Below are positions 1-14,500 of a stretch of DNA of 64,000 nt, piece after piece; position 1 is the first letter of the stretch, and every line of letters begins with the position of its first letter. Origin of the DNA: Paragordius varius. Lineage: Eukaryota; Animalia; Nematomorpha. The DNA is taken from assembly GCA_964247055.1 (NCBI GenBank), contig OZ176055.1:4464001-4528000 (forward strand), in the 5' to 3' direction. Below the pieces are notes generated by a model. The model was not told where the DNA came from. It saw only the letters and a list, made by a program, of their open reading frames with translations, and made no database searches. The position numbers and the translations under genes were made by a program.

Positions 1-783
1 TTTCCAGCGTATCCATGTGTAATTCCTTACCTATTTTGTTTAATTCACTCCTTGTAGAACCTTCTATATATATTATAAAAATAAATATGAATTTAGTTTT
101 AAAAATTTACACCAAAAATATGGCACGTCTCATTTTTAAATATCGGCTATTTCCCCACGCCAAAGATCAAACGAAAAATATAAAATTTAGGTCCCGTTCT
201 CCTTTATATTAAAAAGTGACGTTAAAATTTGATAGAATTCATAAAAGCTTTAAATCCCTGCTTAGAGCGGATAGTAATGGAAAACTGTGCAGTTTATAAA
301 TTCGAACTTTGGCACACTGAGGCGGATAATGTGCGATCTGGCGTTTTAAAAACTTGACCACCACACCTATAAAACCAAATGTATCCAAAAAATGCCTTCG
401 ATTAATAATAACTTTAATTACGAACCGAAGTGTTCTATTTGACCAGTATACATAAATTCCAACGCATATTCTAGCATGTTGCCTCTCATCATTTTGAAAA
501 GAGAACTGCTTGTTAAATCCACCAATGTGATTTCGTTAAAGGATTGAATCTCTTCCTGATATGGACCACGAAGTATATGACAAAAATATTTACTGTAACA
601 AGCCATTATAAGTTTATGAGCATGTAATGTTTCATACGAAGTTAAAATAGTCAAATCAAATGGCTGATGTGGAGATCTTGTACGATATTTGGAAATATGC
701 ATACCCAATTTATATAAATGAATGCTTATTGGTGTCTTTAGGGTGTGTTTATAATTTAAAGCATTTTCAATTCGCATTTTCAT
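1..783 (-). CDS. BTB/POZ-domain protein (possibly BTB-BACK-kelch type), 3' partial
   Basis: Exon 783-426 encodes FDLTILTSYETLHAHKLIMACYSKYF...LEYALEFMYTGQI, a typical BTB signature. A phase-1 GT-AG intron (425-61) joins exon 60-1 (GSTRSELNKIGKELHMDTLE), which fits the last BTB helices. ATG at 783 is the first Met after intron-like AT-rich sequence. Confidence 0.85.
240..345 (-). mobile_element. tRNA-derived SINE-like fragment in the BTB intron
   Basis: Shares GTGTGCCAAAGTTCGAAT (B-box-like), CT(A/G)AGCAGG and TTAAAGCTTT in the same order as the copy at 63100-63235. Confidence 0.5.
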
Positions 784-1673
784 TAATTTGGGTATATAAA
801 GTATGCGTGTAAAATTAATTAAAATGACGTAAAATATCAATGATGTCGTTATTTTAAAATAAAAAATCAATTTTTGCGATTATAAATTAAGTTTTTTTTA
901 ATTGGTAAATAAATATTATTATAAATGCAAATTTGGTTTTAGGCAAAGTTCAGAAAAACCCGGAGAACCAGTCAAAATTAAATAATCATTTCATATTAGC
1001 ACAAAGCATTTTTATTACTCTTTGTGTTTAATCCACGTAAATTGGCTTTTATCGCAAAAATATATACCGTAAAAGACAATAAAGTTAGAAAATGTTTTAT
1101 TAACGCCGTCCGTAATTTATTCGAAAAATCCAGAGAATTTTTACTTATCAAATGTTGAATTTTAACAAATTATTCTGAAAATTTCTGAAATTTATAAATT
1201 TATGTACAACATATAATGTTAAAGAAGGGAGGAATTAGATTGGCTAATACGAATGTTTTTAAATAGGTATTAACTCGTATACTTATAAAGTAATTTTTAA
1301 CCCAATTTTTGAGCCCCATTAAACACACCTATCAAGAGGGTTGGATTTATTGATGCAACGATTATAGAAATAACTGGTTAACCTTTAGGTGTTATCAAAA
1401 AATAAAATTAAAAATTTAATCATCTCTTTATGATGTTTAAGAGAACATAGAATCAGATAAAATCATTGCTATCTTATTCTAGCTTTTAACATAATTATAG
1501 ATGTGCAGATTGGCTATTATATATCGTATACGACTAATTTTAGATTTTAATCCTTTTAAAATACATCATAAATTAAGATGTATTTCTGGCGTTTTTTTTA
1601 TTAATTACGAAATAATTTTTTTTCTAAACGGTATAAATATTTATAATTTTTTTTTCTTGTTTTATGCACAGCA

Positions 1674-1836
1674 GTGGTTTCCAAAGTAAAGGACATCCCT
1701 TTGGGGTATGGAAAAAAGCGATGCTAGAAAAAATAATCCATACCTTTGTTACATACTAGCATAAAACCATAAGTTTTTGTTAGCATAAAAAATTAAAGAC
1801 AGTGTAGGTCGCATACCAAAAAAGGTTGGAAACTAA
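1674..1836. mobile_element. Possible hAT-type MITE remnant
   Basis: Left end CAGTGGTTTCCAAA and right end GGTTGGAAACTAAC form imperfect inverted termini. No clear TSD. Confidence 0.35.
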
Positions 1837-4800
1837 CGCTTTATACTATGGACTTTTGTTTAATAACATTTTTAATATATTTTATATATACTATAAAATA
1901 GATTTTAACTGATTTTGAATTTTAAGTAGATTGCATTATCTGTGTCATTGCGTTTGTTATTTATTTTTCAAAATCGATTGTGTTGTAATTTAAAACTCAT
2001 TTTCAAATTCTAAAAATTTAATGTATTTCATTAATAAACTACTCTTAATATCTTGATAGCCTAATTTTGATTAAAATAGTTTTTACTGCTTATTTTATGT
2101 ATACCTTTATAAAATTCGAAAAAATTAAAATGAATATTTACAAACTAAGCTTCTTTGTTACAACAATGTTTATTATGTTAAAAATCTTTAAAGGTTAACA
2201 TTGAATGTTTAATAAGTTAATCATAAAATGTTACTGAAATATTCATAATAGTATTAAATATACCTCTTTTATGCCCATTTTTTCGGTGTTTTATAGAGAT
2301 TTTATATATAGACATATTTTTAATCAGTAAATATTATACGTTTACCACAAATATTCGTATAAATAAATAGTGTTTGATATCTTTAATTAAACACGAGAAT
2401 TCTTCTACCCGAAATATAATTATATATTTTATCAAAATAATATTAATCAATATTGGCATCTTTATTATCAGATAATAATATGCTTTCTTTTTTTGACCAT
2501 AAGTCATTTCACTTTATACCTTAAACTTAAAGGATTGTATTGCACCTTTAAAAATTTAACAATAAATATTATGAGTCATAAAATTAAAATTGTATTCAAA
2601 AAACATAAACAACCAAACATATGGAGAGAAAAGGTGAATGGATACCTGCACTCTGCAACATTGTTCATTTATAAAAATAATACAGCAGGGAGTAACAAAA
2701 AACAAATGGCTGAAAAACAATATTTCTCTCTTTTAACATTCATTAAGTTGTTGATATAATTATGTACAAAATTTATTTTATACCATACCCTACTGTAATA
2801 ATTAAAGTATGCTGTTTTTATTGATTATTTTTATTAATTTTTATTGTAGCGAAGTAGGTATAATGCAGGTATAAAAAGGTCCTTATAACCATTTTTATAT
2901 CAGCTGTTTTCCGTTGTTTTTATTATTTATATAGAAATTGTAAACTTACCTTAGAGAGTATATATTTATCAAAAAAACGTATGTTGTGTATGTCTTGTTC
3001 TGTTTGTCATTTCTACGTTTCTTGAATTATATTTTTTATTTTCTTATACGACGTTTTTTTAGGATTCACCTTTATTAAAAATAAAATAAAAAATCTTTCT
3101 CCTTTTTTTAACATGTAAATGTTATGTGTATACTCTCTGTACATCGTAGTAATAAAAAATAATAAAGGTAATTTTTTTCTGTGTTTATACTAGTTGTTGT
3201 ATTTTTTATTATTTTATATAATTCTGAAGAAAGTTTATATTGATCTGCTCACAATAAAAATAAATAATATATTTATACCTGAAAGGTGAGTTTTATTTAG
3301 TAATCATATATCTGTTGTTTTATTATCATCATCATTCACTATTACTCATTTAACCAACATAAAAATATTGATTATATCCAAAAATATTCTTATTAGATAA
3401 TAATTGAAAATTCGAATACTGTCAGTGTACGATTTCAATACATTCGTTGCTATTCGAAATTCTCATCTACCGAATTGTTTTTGTTCATTTATACAAATTT
3501 TATTTGTTAAAAGGCTCCTTTCTAAACACAATATAATACAAAAAAATTGAAATGAAAAAACAATGGGAAAAAGAGAAAGTTTTTTATTGCTGTTATTCAG
3601 TATTTTCACACATTTTATTGGCCTTCAACATCGTGCTGAATTGTACATAAAATTGGCGAGAAGGTTGGTTAGTTAGCCACTCCTATGAATAATGCTTTTT
3701 AAAATCTAAATCAAATCAAAATTTGTTCCCTTCTTCTGCGGATGAACTTTATAAAAGTTGAAAAAAATACATTTTAAACCCTATCAGATAAATTTTAACA
3801 CTTTGCGCTCATATCATATATAATCTCAGTTTTATGCGCCAAAAAGCAATTAAACTTTTAAAATATATATCCAAAATTTGCATAATAGCTATTAGTATAT
3901 ACACCCAACCCTAAATTTTATTTTAAATACAACAAAATTATTCCTGAATTATAAAATGTGGTCAATGCCTATTGGTTGGATCAGCAAAATATTTCTCATA
4001 TTCTACCTATATCTCACCGGTAAAATTTTGTATTTCTTTGATCTTTATAATGAAAGCACTTTTTATAAACTGTGTTAAGCAATTAAATAAAAAAAAGTTG
4101 TGCTAATCAATTTTTATGGTTCGTTTTTTGATGGGAAAATTGAATCAATTTATTATGTAATAAAAAAGTAATTTATAATTTGATCACACTGTGTGGTTGG
4201 TAATTGATATTTTCCATCATTTTAATTTAAAGAATTTGATATTTAATTTGATGAGTAAGTAATCTGAAGAATTTTATTATTATATAATATAATTTACTCT
4301 ATTGAACACTCAAAAAAAATAATATCAAAAATATTATAAATTATATTGTATTCTTTTCAGTATTTTTCTTGAAATCATATGTTTTTTCGAGCTTATTTAA
4401 TTAAATATTTTTTTATCAATTTAGACAATAATGATGATTGCAAAAACTATCATAAATAAGATTAAGAATTTGAATTAACTCCAATTTTCTAATATTAAAA
4501 TTTTCTGTTTTAGCAGGATTGTTAAACATGTCTGATAAATCACCAATAATTGACTCTTAATATTCCCAATGTATATTTAATTTTTGACCGGGGTGTACTA
4601 ATATTTTGTATGATAGTTCATAATTATTAGTTTAATTTCAAATCATTCAGCTATTTATGTCCACACTGGTTTTAAATATAATATGAAGCCACTTAAAACA
4701 CTTTTTAATAGAACTTTCCCTAATATTTGTGGCCGAGCCTAGAATAATACTGCTATAAATGTGGTGCTGGTTAGACCAAAATGAATTATCAAACGAAGTC

Positions 4801-5876
4801 AAATTTCGCATTTTTTGTTTATGTGGAAATTTTTTTCCAGACCTCTAAATACAAAAAATAATAGTCGCATCATAATAGTATACAGATATGTTATAGGTTA
4901 TATGGAATTCACTTCATTACATTCGATTTTAAATGGATACATTTTGGGGTGATTTATGTCAAGGCTAAAGTGTAAAAACTATAATATATAAACTTTTATT
5001 ACCATTATATTTTAACCAAAAACTTTATTCAGTTTTATAACTCATGCTATCTAAAATTTTGATGTGTATAAAATCCATCCACTTAAACAGCTGATTCTAA
5101 AAATTAATACTATACGAATATTGATGATATTACATTATTTATTTTTTTTATTTTTAACCAAAATAAAGCCGGTTTTCAGCGATGTAACATAAAAAAATAT
5201 GCGGAAAATGGATTGGAGATGAGGATTCTTCTCACAATCATACCTAAAGAATGTGCAAGGCTTTAAAGAATGCCTATTTTTGATGTTGGTTCAATATCCA
5301 ATATTTTTCAAAATAATTAAATTTGAAATTTACACCATCTTCAAATTGAAAAAATCGAACCGGATCAGAACAACTATTTGACCTAAAAAGTATGGAACCA
5401 AAACCAAATTCATGTTTTTCTAAAAAGCAAGGCTATTAGAACCATTTTGAATTTTTTTAAAATCGAAACCAGTGCATTTGGTCTGGACCGGTTATGTTTA
5501 AAAAATGTAAAAGCGGAGCCAGCAAAATATTTATCCAAAAACAACACAAAAATCGTTTTATACATACACTATGCCCATTAATTTTTAAAAATACTGTAAA
5601 TAAACAAATTAATGCTAATATAGAAACACATACGATGTGTATATTTGCAATTCCAAATGATATTCGGGAACGATTTACTTGCAATCGTATTTTTTACTAT
5701 TAACGATTCTTTCGACATTTTCAGTTTCAATTGTTAATTAAATTATTTAGGACAATATTTTTAAAGTTTTAGATGGTAAGTTATACCGAACTTTTCTCAT
5801 CTGTCATACCATAATTTAAAAAATTGAATTTTTATGAAGCATAAATTTTCATTTGGGATAATCTTGCATATAAGAC

Positions 5877-6933
5877 ACAGGTTTAGGCACATGTTTTCAT
5901 CAGTTCTTACGTAAAAAACATCTGTAATTTTGACAGGATATCATTCATTTATTCAAAAATTGTACATCGACTTCCACACAATTCGCTCATATTTCAGGTA
6001 ATGTATGAATGCCGTGCCAGAATTTGTAAAGCCTTTTTCCATCATCTTATCGAAATCATTAATCTGCTGCTCTGCGAACGTGTGCACCATTAATCCAAAG
6101 TTGTATTAGTAAATGGCGCCTGGTAAAAAGAGTTCAGCGGATGCCAAATAATTTCCCTCTAGGGAGATTTTTTGTTTTTAGATGGTTTTATTTGTGAGAC
6201 GGAGCATTGTCAAGTAGTAAAATCATTTGTCCATGTGTTCCCTCTTTTTCGTTTGTTTCTTAATTAATGCATGGTTATTAATTTGTTAGCAATAGTGTTG
6301 TGTGTTAGCTGTTCTTCGGGACCTCAAAAGTTTACACCCTTTAATCCCTAGATACAGAGCATGGTGCCGAAATTATGGATAGCTTTGCAAGGTAAAATCC
6401 ACGATTATGCAGCTTTGAATTTACATAATAAAGATTTCTCATCACCGTCCCGATTCGATGCAAAAATTATTCTTTTCGTGACTATTAAGAATAGCTTCAC
6501 AAGTCACTTTGCAATTTTCGATTTATCTTCCTTTAAATTGTGTTTTACCAAGTTTATTGGTTTTTCCTATAGACGTGTATTGATTGTTTTTTGAGATTGT
6601 GAATTCTTCTGTCGATTGCCGCTGACTTTCAGTTTGGCCATCATCAAATAATTTTTGCTTTTACAAGAAATCATATTTAATATTTCGAAACCATGTTTTT
6701 CACGTGTTAATCGATAGAGCGATGGCAATGCGTGTCAAATCTTCTTTAGCACAAAATTGGACATGATTACTGAATGATAAAAGTAAGACAATCGTTTTTG
6801 GCGAACTCAAGTGTGTGTATTTGTAGTTTAATGTCATATAAACATAATGGGATTCGTATCATACTAATCGTCTGTGTACTTTTCGCTGACGTCTACGCTT
6901 GGTTAAATCGGTTGATTTTATAAATACGCCTGG
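5877..6933 (-). mobile_element. Decayed mariner (Mos1-like DD34D) transposon, copy 1
   Basis: Minus-strand fragments MSNFV, WFRNIKYDF, FLHRIGTVDEK, ILLLDNAPSH and FWHGIHTLPE occur in Mos1 transposase order, with stops and frameshifts. The TIR CCAGGCGTATTT lies next to TA at 6934-6935. The 5' leader aligns with copy 2. Confidence 0.85.
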
Positions 6934-7428
6934 TAAATCTTTAACTATATAGAGGTAAAATAAAACCGAATCAAGTAAAAATACATTTTTTATCTAGATT
7001 AATTGGCTATTTTATTAGGGTAACATCAATACCAATGATTGTATGCCCATAATATCTCCGATATTTTATTATTCAATAAATAGATCAAAACTGGTATCCA
7101 CCACTTTAATTCTATTTTGCACCCCTAAATGTTTAATATATATGTAAATATGATTTCTAAACTCGATCTAGTTTCAATCCAATATTTGTAGAAAAAGTAT
7201 GTTTGACCTCTAACTACTCAAGTTATAATTTAATTTGTCAGCAATGTCATTATTTACGAAAATTAAGTTAGTTTTAGTATTTAATATACTAAATGGAATT
7301 ATTCAAGTGGATATGACAACCATATTAATGAAATCATTTTATATTTAATTATTATAAATTTTATGCCAATAATTTAGTTATATTTGTGGCCTATTAACAA
7401 AAAAATATTATTGAAACAATTTTTTTAA

Positions 7429-7432
<4 letters not shown>

Positions 7433-7468
<36 letters not shown>
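7433..7468. repeat. (TA)n microsatellite
   Basis: Direct reading. Other (TA)n runs lie at about 7634-7648, 10697-10738, 11535-11564, 18739-18764 and 25480-25504. Confidence 0.95.
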
Positions 7469-7469
<1 letters not shown>

Positions 7470-7581
7470 TGAGTTAGTCATTTGAATCGAATATGTTTAA
7501 TATTTAAAATAGACTGGTATGTATGCAAAAAGTCAGGCATGCAATCATTATTTTTCCTATAAACTTAATCTTTTTTACCAA

Positions 7582-7853
7582 TAAAGGGACTTAACTACGT
7601 AGGATATATATACCTGGAATGAAAGGGATTTTTATATATATATATATAGTTGTTCCATATTTACTACTTTTTCATGGAAATATTATACAGGTATTTACAT
7701 TTATATATATATAAAACCACCTTATTTGCGTAAGAATTTAGGTAACTCACCAACCATCTTTAATATTAAATGTAATGGATCCTTCTCATACACCTATAAT
7801 TATATTTACGTTTAAAAATATTAAAGAAACTGGTTGTGTGGTTAAGTCCCTCA
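7582..7853. mobile_element. Possible MITE with AGGGACTTAAC termini
   Basis: AGGGACTTAACTAC at the left end and GTGGTTAAGTCCCT at the right end are inverted. No TSD confirmed. Confidence 0.35.
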
Positions 7854-8937
7854 AAATTATGTTTCATCAAGAAATATATATTTTAATTAAACCATAAGAA
7901 TATGAGAAGAAAAGTTTTGTCGGTATGGTGCCGATGGTTCTTTTTTATTTGCTAATAAACTTTTTATAAACTATACATCTTGAACGTAGATCATACTATA
8001 TCATATATAGATATAAAACTAAATAAAATATAATTATATATGCTTAATTTTTTATATGAGGTAACCTGTGTATGTTAAATACTTAGAGACGATGGTTTTA
8101 TAAGTTTATAATTATATAAACATTTATGCCACTCTCAACAGGAAGCAAGGAAAATGTGTGAAAAAATTCAAGAATTTTGATATTAATTTGCGTTATTGCT
8201 TTTAATTGGTTGGTTGGCTGTTTTTAATACATTTATAAATCAGCTTCTTTGTATTACGATTTCGAAACATTTGTAATGCACAAAAAATGTATTTTCATGT
8301 TTCAAAAATTAATTCGTTAAACAAAATATTTTTATACAGGTAAAGTACAAATTAATTATTATGTTTAATTGCACATTTACACACCTGTGCTAAATTAGAC
8401 ATATACGCATATGTAATTTGACTGCCAAAGAGATTAACCCTATATGCAAAAATTAATTTGTGTGCAATTATTTCGGTTGACTAAACAACACTTCTCTTTC
8501 CAGTTTTAATTTAATTAATTTTAATTTTTTTAAAATAAAAAGTAAAATATAATTTAATTTGATCGATAATAAAAATCTTAACGCCCATATATTATAAATC
8601 GGTTATCTGTGATGAAAGGCATCTTATTTTACCATTAATCATTGAACGTTTAATAAAAAATAAGATGGGATATTATACTATAAATAAAAGAAATGTATAT
8701 GATTTACAAAATAGTCTACCAATTAAAAAATTGCATCAAAGTTCCGTTATCAGCTAGCGGTAAAACGTAAGGCTATACACCCTTTTATTATTCAAGCGAT
8801 TCTTTGATAAAAAAGTGAGTTGATAATAAGGCAAAACGTAATTGACGCTGATTGCCATAATTTTGTCGGTCGTTTTGGGAAATAATATAAATCAATAAAA
8901 TCCGCTTTTACAATCCATTTATTATATCATTTTTTAG

Positions 8938-10691
8938 GTGATACATTTTTACGAGATGTGAAATGTGTTGAGTACGGACTCGATAATCAATTCCTTGAAT
9001 TTTTGGGCGATGATAATGAACCGCTACACAAAAGGCCTACTAATGTAAGCTTGACACGTATGGTATTGCCAGGACAACAAGTCGATTTGCCTTGCGTCTT
9101 TAGACTTAAGACGTTGTCTACACCTTCGACTCGTGGAAAAACTTTGCTAGAAACCGGACTTTATGAATTCACGAGCGGGACCTGTGAATGGAAAAAAGGA
9201 TCTTTGGGAATATCGAGTGGAAATAACACACTTAGTCCCAACGTATTCCCTAGACCTGTTTTGGATCCCCAAAAAAGGGAACAGAGTTGTGGATTTAGGT
9301 ATATGAAAAAAACAGTAGCTTATATATTTCCTAATATATGTATGCAAGCCATTATTTAATAATTTAATTTGGAATATCTGGATTAGTCCATAGGTAAATT
9401 TAGGCATACTTTTATGTGCCTTTTAATTTTAATATTTGGGCAAATTAAAAGAATCGTAAGTTTTAGCTTAATATTCTGGAAAATAATATATTTGAATGGC
9501 GTTAGTTTTATTTTTGTATCTTTGTTGTTATTCATTTAGGCATAAGATAATATAGTACATAGTGTTTTATGTTGCCGCTCAACTTATTCATTTTTTTCCA
9601 AAAGGTTAAATGTGTTTGCAGTTAGTAAAAAAATTAATTAGTCGGCCAAGGATATGTTCAAATATCTGCTCCAACATTAAATTTTTTGTGTATTTTTTAA
9701 TTATTTTTCCAATTTATTTCATCTTTTAATAGTCATGCATTATTATTAACATTTTCAGATATTTCTATTTTTTTTAACCCTTTCACATTTTTTACTAATT
9801 TATAATAATTTATTCATTCTCAATCATATAGGATACTAGCCACCATATTGGATAATTCAATTTTTGAGTGTAAAGTCAACCTTGCGCTTCGTACCATTAC
9901 CGAATCATCTCGAATCGCAGCTAATGAACTGAGAATTACACCGGAAAATTATGTTTTCAAAGGACCTCCCATCAATCTAATTGTGCTTTGTACGTTTATT
10001 TTTGGAAAATTATTAAATTAATTTTATCTCATATACATTGTACGGTAAAAATTGCAATTATACTGACAAAATATAAAAAAGAAAAGTCAAATATATTTTT
10101 AAATCATTTTGTTTTTTAAAATATATAACTTATAGTTTGGTTGAGCAAAATGGGGATTATAGATAATTGATAATATGCCCAGTTATATATTTTATAAAGA
10201 AAATATCAAGCTTTTAAAAAGTATGCATGTGTGTATGTCTTTTTTTAAAAATATTTGTTTTTTTACGTATTGTCAGTATATTATTGTAATTCGTGTAAAA
10301 CAGCTGAACCAGGTCCACCGAAATTGCAGATGTCACCCAATGATGCCTGGATTGATGGTGATCGCCTTAATGTTACGTGCATGAGTGAATATGGAAATCC
10401 AGCACCGAAAATTCGCATATTTTCCAACAATAGGTAATTAATAAAATATACCATTTACAACACCTCAGTTTACCCTTAAACATTCCTAATTCACTATGTT
10501 TTGTGTTTTTTAATATAGAATTCGGAAAATAAACTTTGATTACAATTAAGATAGACAGAAAAAATAATGAATTCCATAAATAAATTATACATAACTATGG
10601 GTTATATTAGCCCAAGAACACAATTTATTTTTAGGGTGAATTGAATTGTTCGGGGGTGATTTTGAAATGTTCGAGGGTGAACTTAAAGTGT

Positions 10692-10741
<50 letters not shown>

Positions 10742-11530
10742 TGAATTTGTTATTTTGGGATAAAACATTCATCGAAATATTAGTGATAAAAAGCATGGAA
10801 ATCAGGGAATGGAATCAGAACCGTTTTTGTGTAATTCATGTAAAACCAAAAATATGATTTTTTGGTTGCCACTTTTTGTTATAATGTTAATCTTGTTATT
10901 TAAATTATTATGTATTTGAAATAAAATTAAGTGTTTTTGATGAAATACATTAAGCTAAAACCGGATAAGATTTCCTAAAAAATACTGCTTGATAAAACTA
11001 AATTACATGATTAAAAAATTATTTATTTGTAATATTTTTTTAGGGAAATCGATAAGAATGACAGCCAAACTCTTGTTATCTATAAACAACCAGATATCAC
11101 TAACGGTAGCAGTTATGTAACCCTTTTACGCAATATAAGTCTGGCTGACGATGGATCCAATTTTGCATGTTCAGTAAAGAATGATGCAATCGATCATGAA
11201 CTTTGGGAAAATAGTACACAAACAATCCAAGTTCAATGTAATTTGAATATTTTTCTAAAATTTTATGGGTGATTATTAATGTTTTTTAATATAAAATTTA
11301 CAGAAAGACAAAGAGCATTTATATTACGGATATTTATGAAAAAGGAAATCATTAATTTTAAAAGCCCAATAAAAACGATAGATAACGAGCGTTACAGTTT
11401 CCTGTATTTTACTTATTACTAGTTACCTGAAATATCAACATATTAATATAATATACTTTTGGAGACAATTTATTAGGCAACCTTTGTCTTTAAGCCAGGC
11501 CTACACATAGATTATTCATAGAAATTTCTC

Positions 11531-11568
<38 letters not shown>

Positions 11569-14500
11569 AATCTCAAAATATCAAACAGTTCCACCCCGAA
11601 TATTCCTTAATCCATCACGACTTTCAGTGGAAGTTGGTTATGGAATTCATATCAGCTGTTTAACAGTCGCTAAACCTAAAGCTTATCAACTGACCTGGTC
11701 TATAACAACTCAATCGCTGGGAAATGACACTTTGATTAACGAAGGAAAACAAAATACGGATTACAAAATGTTAAAAGAATCGAAAAAAATGACCGATGTT
11801 GTCGTTTCTCAAGGACAAGGGCGAAAACCTAGCGAAACTGAACTAAATTGGGCCAGACGACAGTTTCCAAATTTGGGTAGATATATACAACAATATTTTT
11901 TACACATTTTTTATGAATCTTAAAATATTTTAAAAACGAAGCACCCAGTTTTTAACAGGTAGAGTCAAAATTAAAAAGGTTTTATATAGGAAACCATATC
12001 TGTTATTTTGTTTTTTTTAAACCTATATCAATACGATTAATATAAATTGAGTTGTTACTAATTTAGATCCGTATTCCATAAAATTTAAACCGATTGTTTT
12101 TATTAAAAAATGGTTGTTTCTCTTGATTAAAAAACATCTTTTTATGTTTTTTGCCATCATATTTAATTCTGAAATGAAGATAATGTACCAGTTCCCTTTC
12201 TTTATATCGATAAATCAATGATTTAAACTTTTATTTTACAGAGAATATCGAAAATTTGATTCGCGTTTTGGATTTGGAAATCCCCACCCTAACTATAAAT
12301 GATTCAATGAAAGTATTAACATGTACGGCCACTAATGGCCTCCAAAATACTCAAATGCTGTATAAAAGCTTGTATGAAGATTCCCCAAATAACGTTAAAA
12401 GTTTGGCTGATCAAAGCTCTTCGATTCCCATTGACGTTTTATGTAATTTTTTTTAATATTTAATAATAACTTTTTCACTCAAAATCCTTTAAAAAATCTT
12501 GAAAGATTAAACAATTCTTGCAAAACATATTGGTTATTTTTATCAAACATGTAAAAATACCAATAACAATCTTAGTTTTATCCGAGTATGTCAATTGTTA
12601 TGAAAAGTTAAAACATTTTCAATATAATAAATGAAATAACACTAATATATATTTTAATTACAAAATGCTTAGACGGTCCTACTGTCATAAGTGTACCCGA
12701 ATATTCAGTCAAAGAAGGATCGAACGTTTCTATCCCTTGTACTATTTATGCAAATCCTAAACCATTCAAAGTAAATATTTAACTATTTTTTGTAGAAATC
12801 AAAATTGGACAGGTGCCAAATTTAATTTTTCACAGGAAAATTGTTGAATTTTAAATAAATTTACTATGATTGTAACTAAATAATTGTGAAAGTAAAATAT
12901 TGGATTCTGCTTGCATACAATCTCTATAATTTTTTTTCCTCTTATAACTTTAATAAGCTATGATATTATAACTCGGAATTGTAAAACTTTTCTACAGTTA
13001 GGTAACAGAGTATTCCTTTTAATATTAACAATAAAATTTTTTAGGAAAAAAAACCTTAAATTAATTTTGTTTTATACAAGGTAACTTGGCGTAAGAATGA
13101 ACGGTTAATCTCAATCAACTATTTGAGTCGAGATCCCATATTAACGATTCCATCTATTAAAAAAAGTATGGCAGGTACATATGTTTGTAGAGCCGAAAAC
13201 CTGCTTAAACTCAGTTCCAAACCCAATGATGACCAATTCTCGTTTGCATCAATATCCTCAATAGATAATAAAATTAATAATATGGGTGCATCCAACAATA
13301 GATTTGATGGAAGAAAAAGCTTGAAAGTTGGGGAAAGTGTCACACGCATCTACGTATTATGTAAGTTAATTATTTATAATTTAAATTTTTAATTTTTAAT
13401 TTGGTAATGTTTGGTAAATTGTTTAAAAAATATTCCTATGCAATATTTCTTATATTATTTCCGCCCTTTAAGGCATTTAGGGGAAATTATTTTAAAGGGC
13501 CCTTCTTTATTCCGGAATCAATTTGATTTTTTAAATTTTTTCCACCATATTAGATCCTCCGGAAAGAGTCGTAATTGAACTCCCAAACGCAAATCCCCCG
13601 ACAAAATCTGTCCCAGTCAAACAATATATCAGACCCTTAAAAACTAAAACAACCAACTTACAAGCACAAAAATTATCGACATCCACGCAAACACCCAAGA
13701 TGAATCCAACCAAAGTTTTAATTGTTCAGGAGAATGAACCATTCTCACTTTCCTGTAATATTATGCCCAAAAATATATTTACATCAGTCACATCTATGAC
13801 ACCAAAACCGGACCACATTCATGAGAATAATCATAATTTGTCGTCTACAACATTCGCCTCTGTGCAAAATACCGGCGGAAATAACAATGAAATGTTTGTG
13901 GGTAATCCAAAACCCCATTACACCTGGATAGGATATCATTTTACGGACTCAAAGGCACGCCTTCAAACTCCAGATCAACTTTTTCAAACATTACTAATTA
14001 CCAACACACAATCGGATGGAAATGAACAAGAAAATTATAATTATAATAACGTCCAATTACCCAAGGGTAAACACATGATTTACTAAAAATATATATATAC
14101 CTTTTGTGAAATTTGTTCATTAATGTTTTAAAAAGTTTTTTTATATAAATATATAGGAAATATTTGAATAATGCAACTACCTTAATTTTTCCAAATATTA
14201 TATTGAATGTCACTGTGTGTTTCTTTGATTTGACTACTAATTAAGTTAAGCCATAAAGTGTGTGTAATTATAATTTATAAAAAACTATGTAATGTTAACA
14301 TTTGAATTAGGTCAAGAATTGCAATTAGCCAAAGGTCCCAATCCAATTTACCAGGTTAAACAGGCCAATGTTCAAGATACAGGAATATATTATTGTTTTG
14401 CACATAACGAAGTGGGATCAACACCCAGAGCATCACTTGCAGTCTATGTCAAAGGTGGTTTTTTACAAAATTGCTCATATCAAATTTCGTTTATTTATTA

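Noticed and set aside
6831-6932. Signal-peptide-like ORF MSYKHNGIRIILIVCVLFADVYA with a nearby GTAAAT donor, as first exon of the IgSF gene
   Set aside because: The segment is the reverse complement of the mariner 5' leader and TIR (it aligns with 34512-34680), and the donor is out of frame with the hydrophobic stretch.
8325-8347. TACAG|GTAAAG as a recursive (zero-length exon) splice site; similar motif at about 7685-7695
   Set aside because: The motif is expected by chance in AT-rich DNA and cannot be supported without nascent RNA data.
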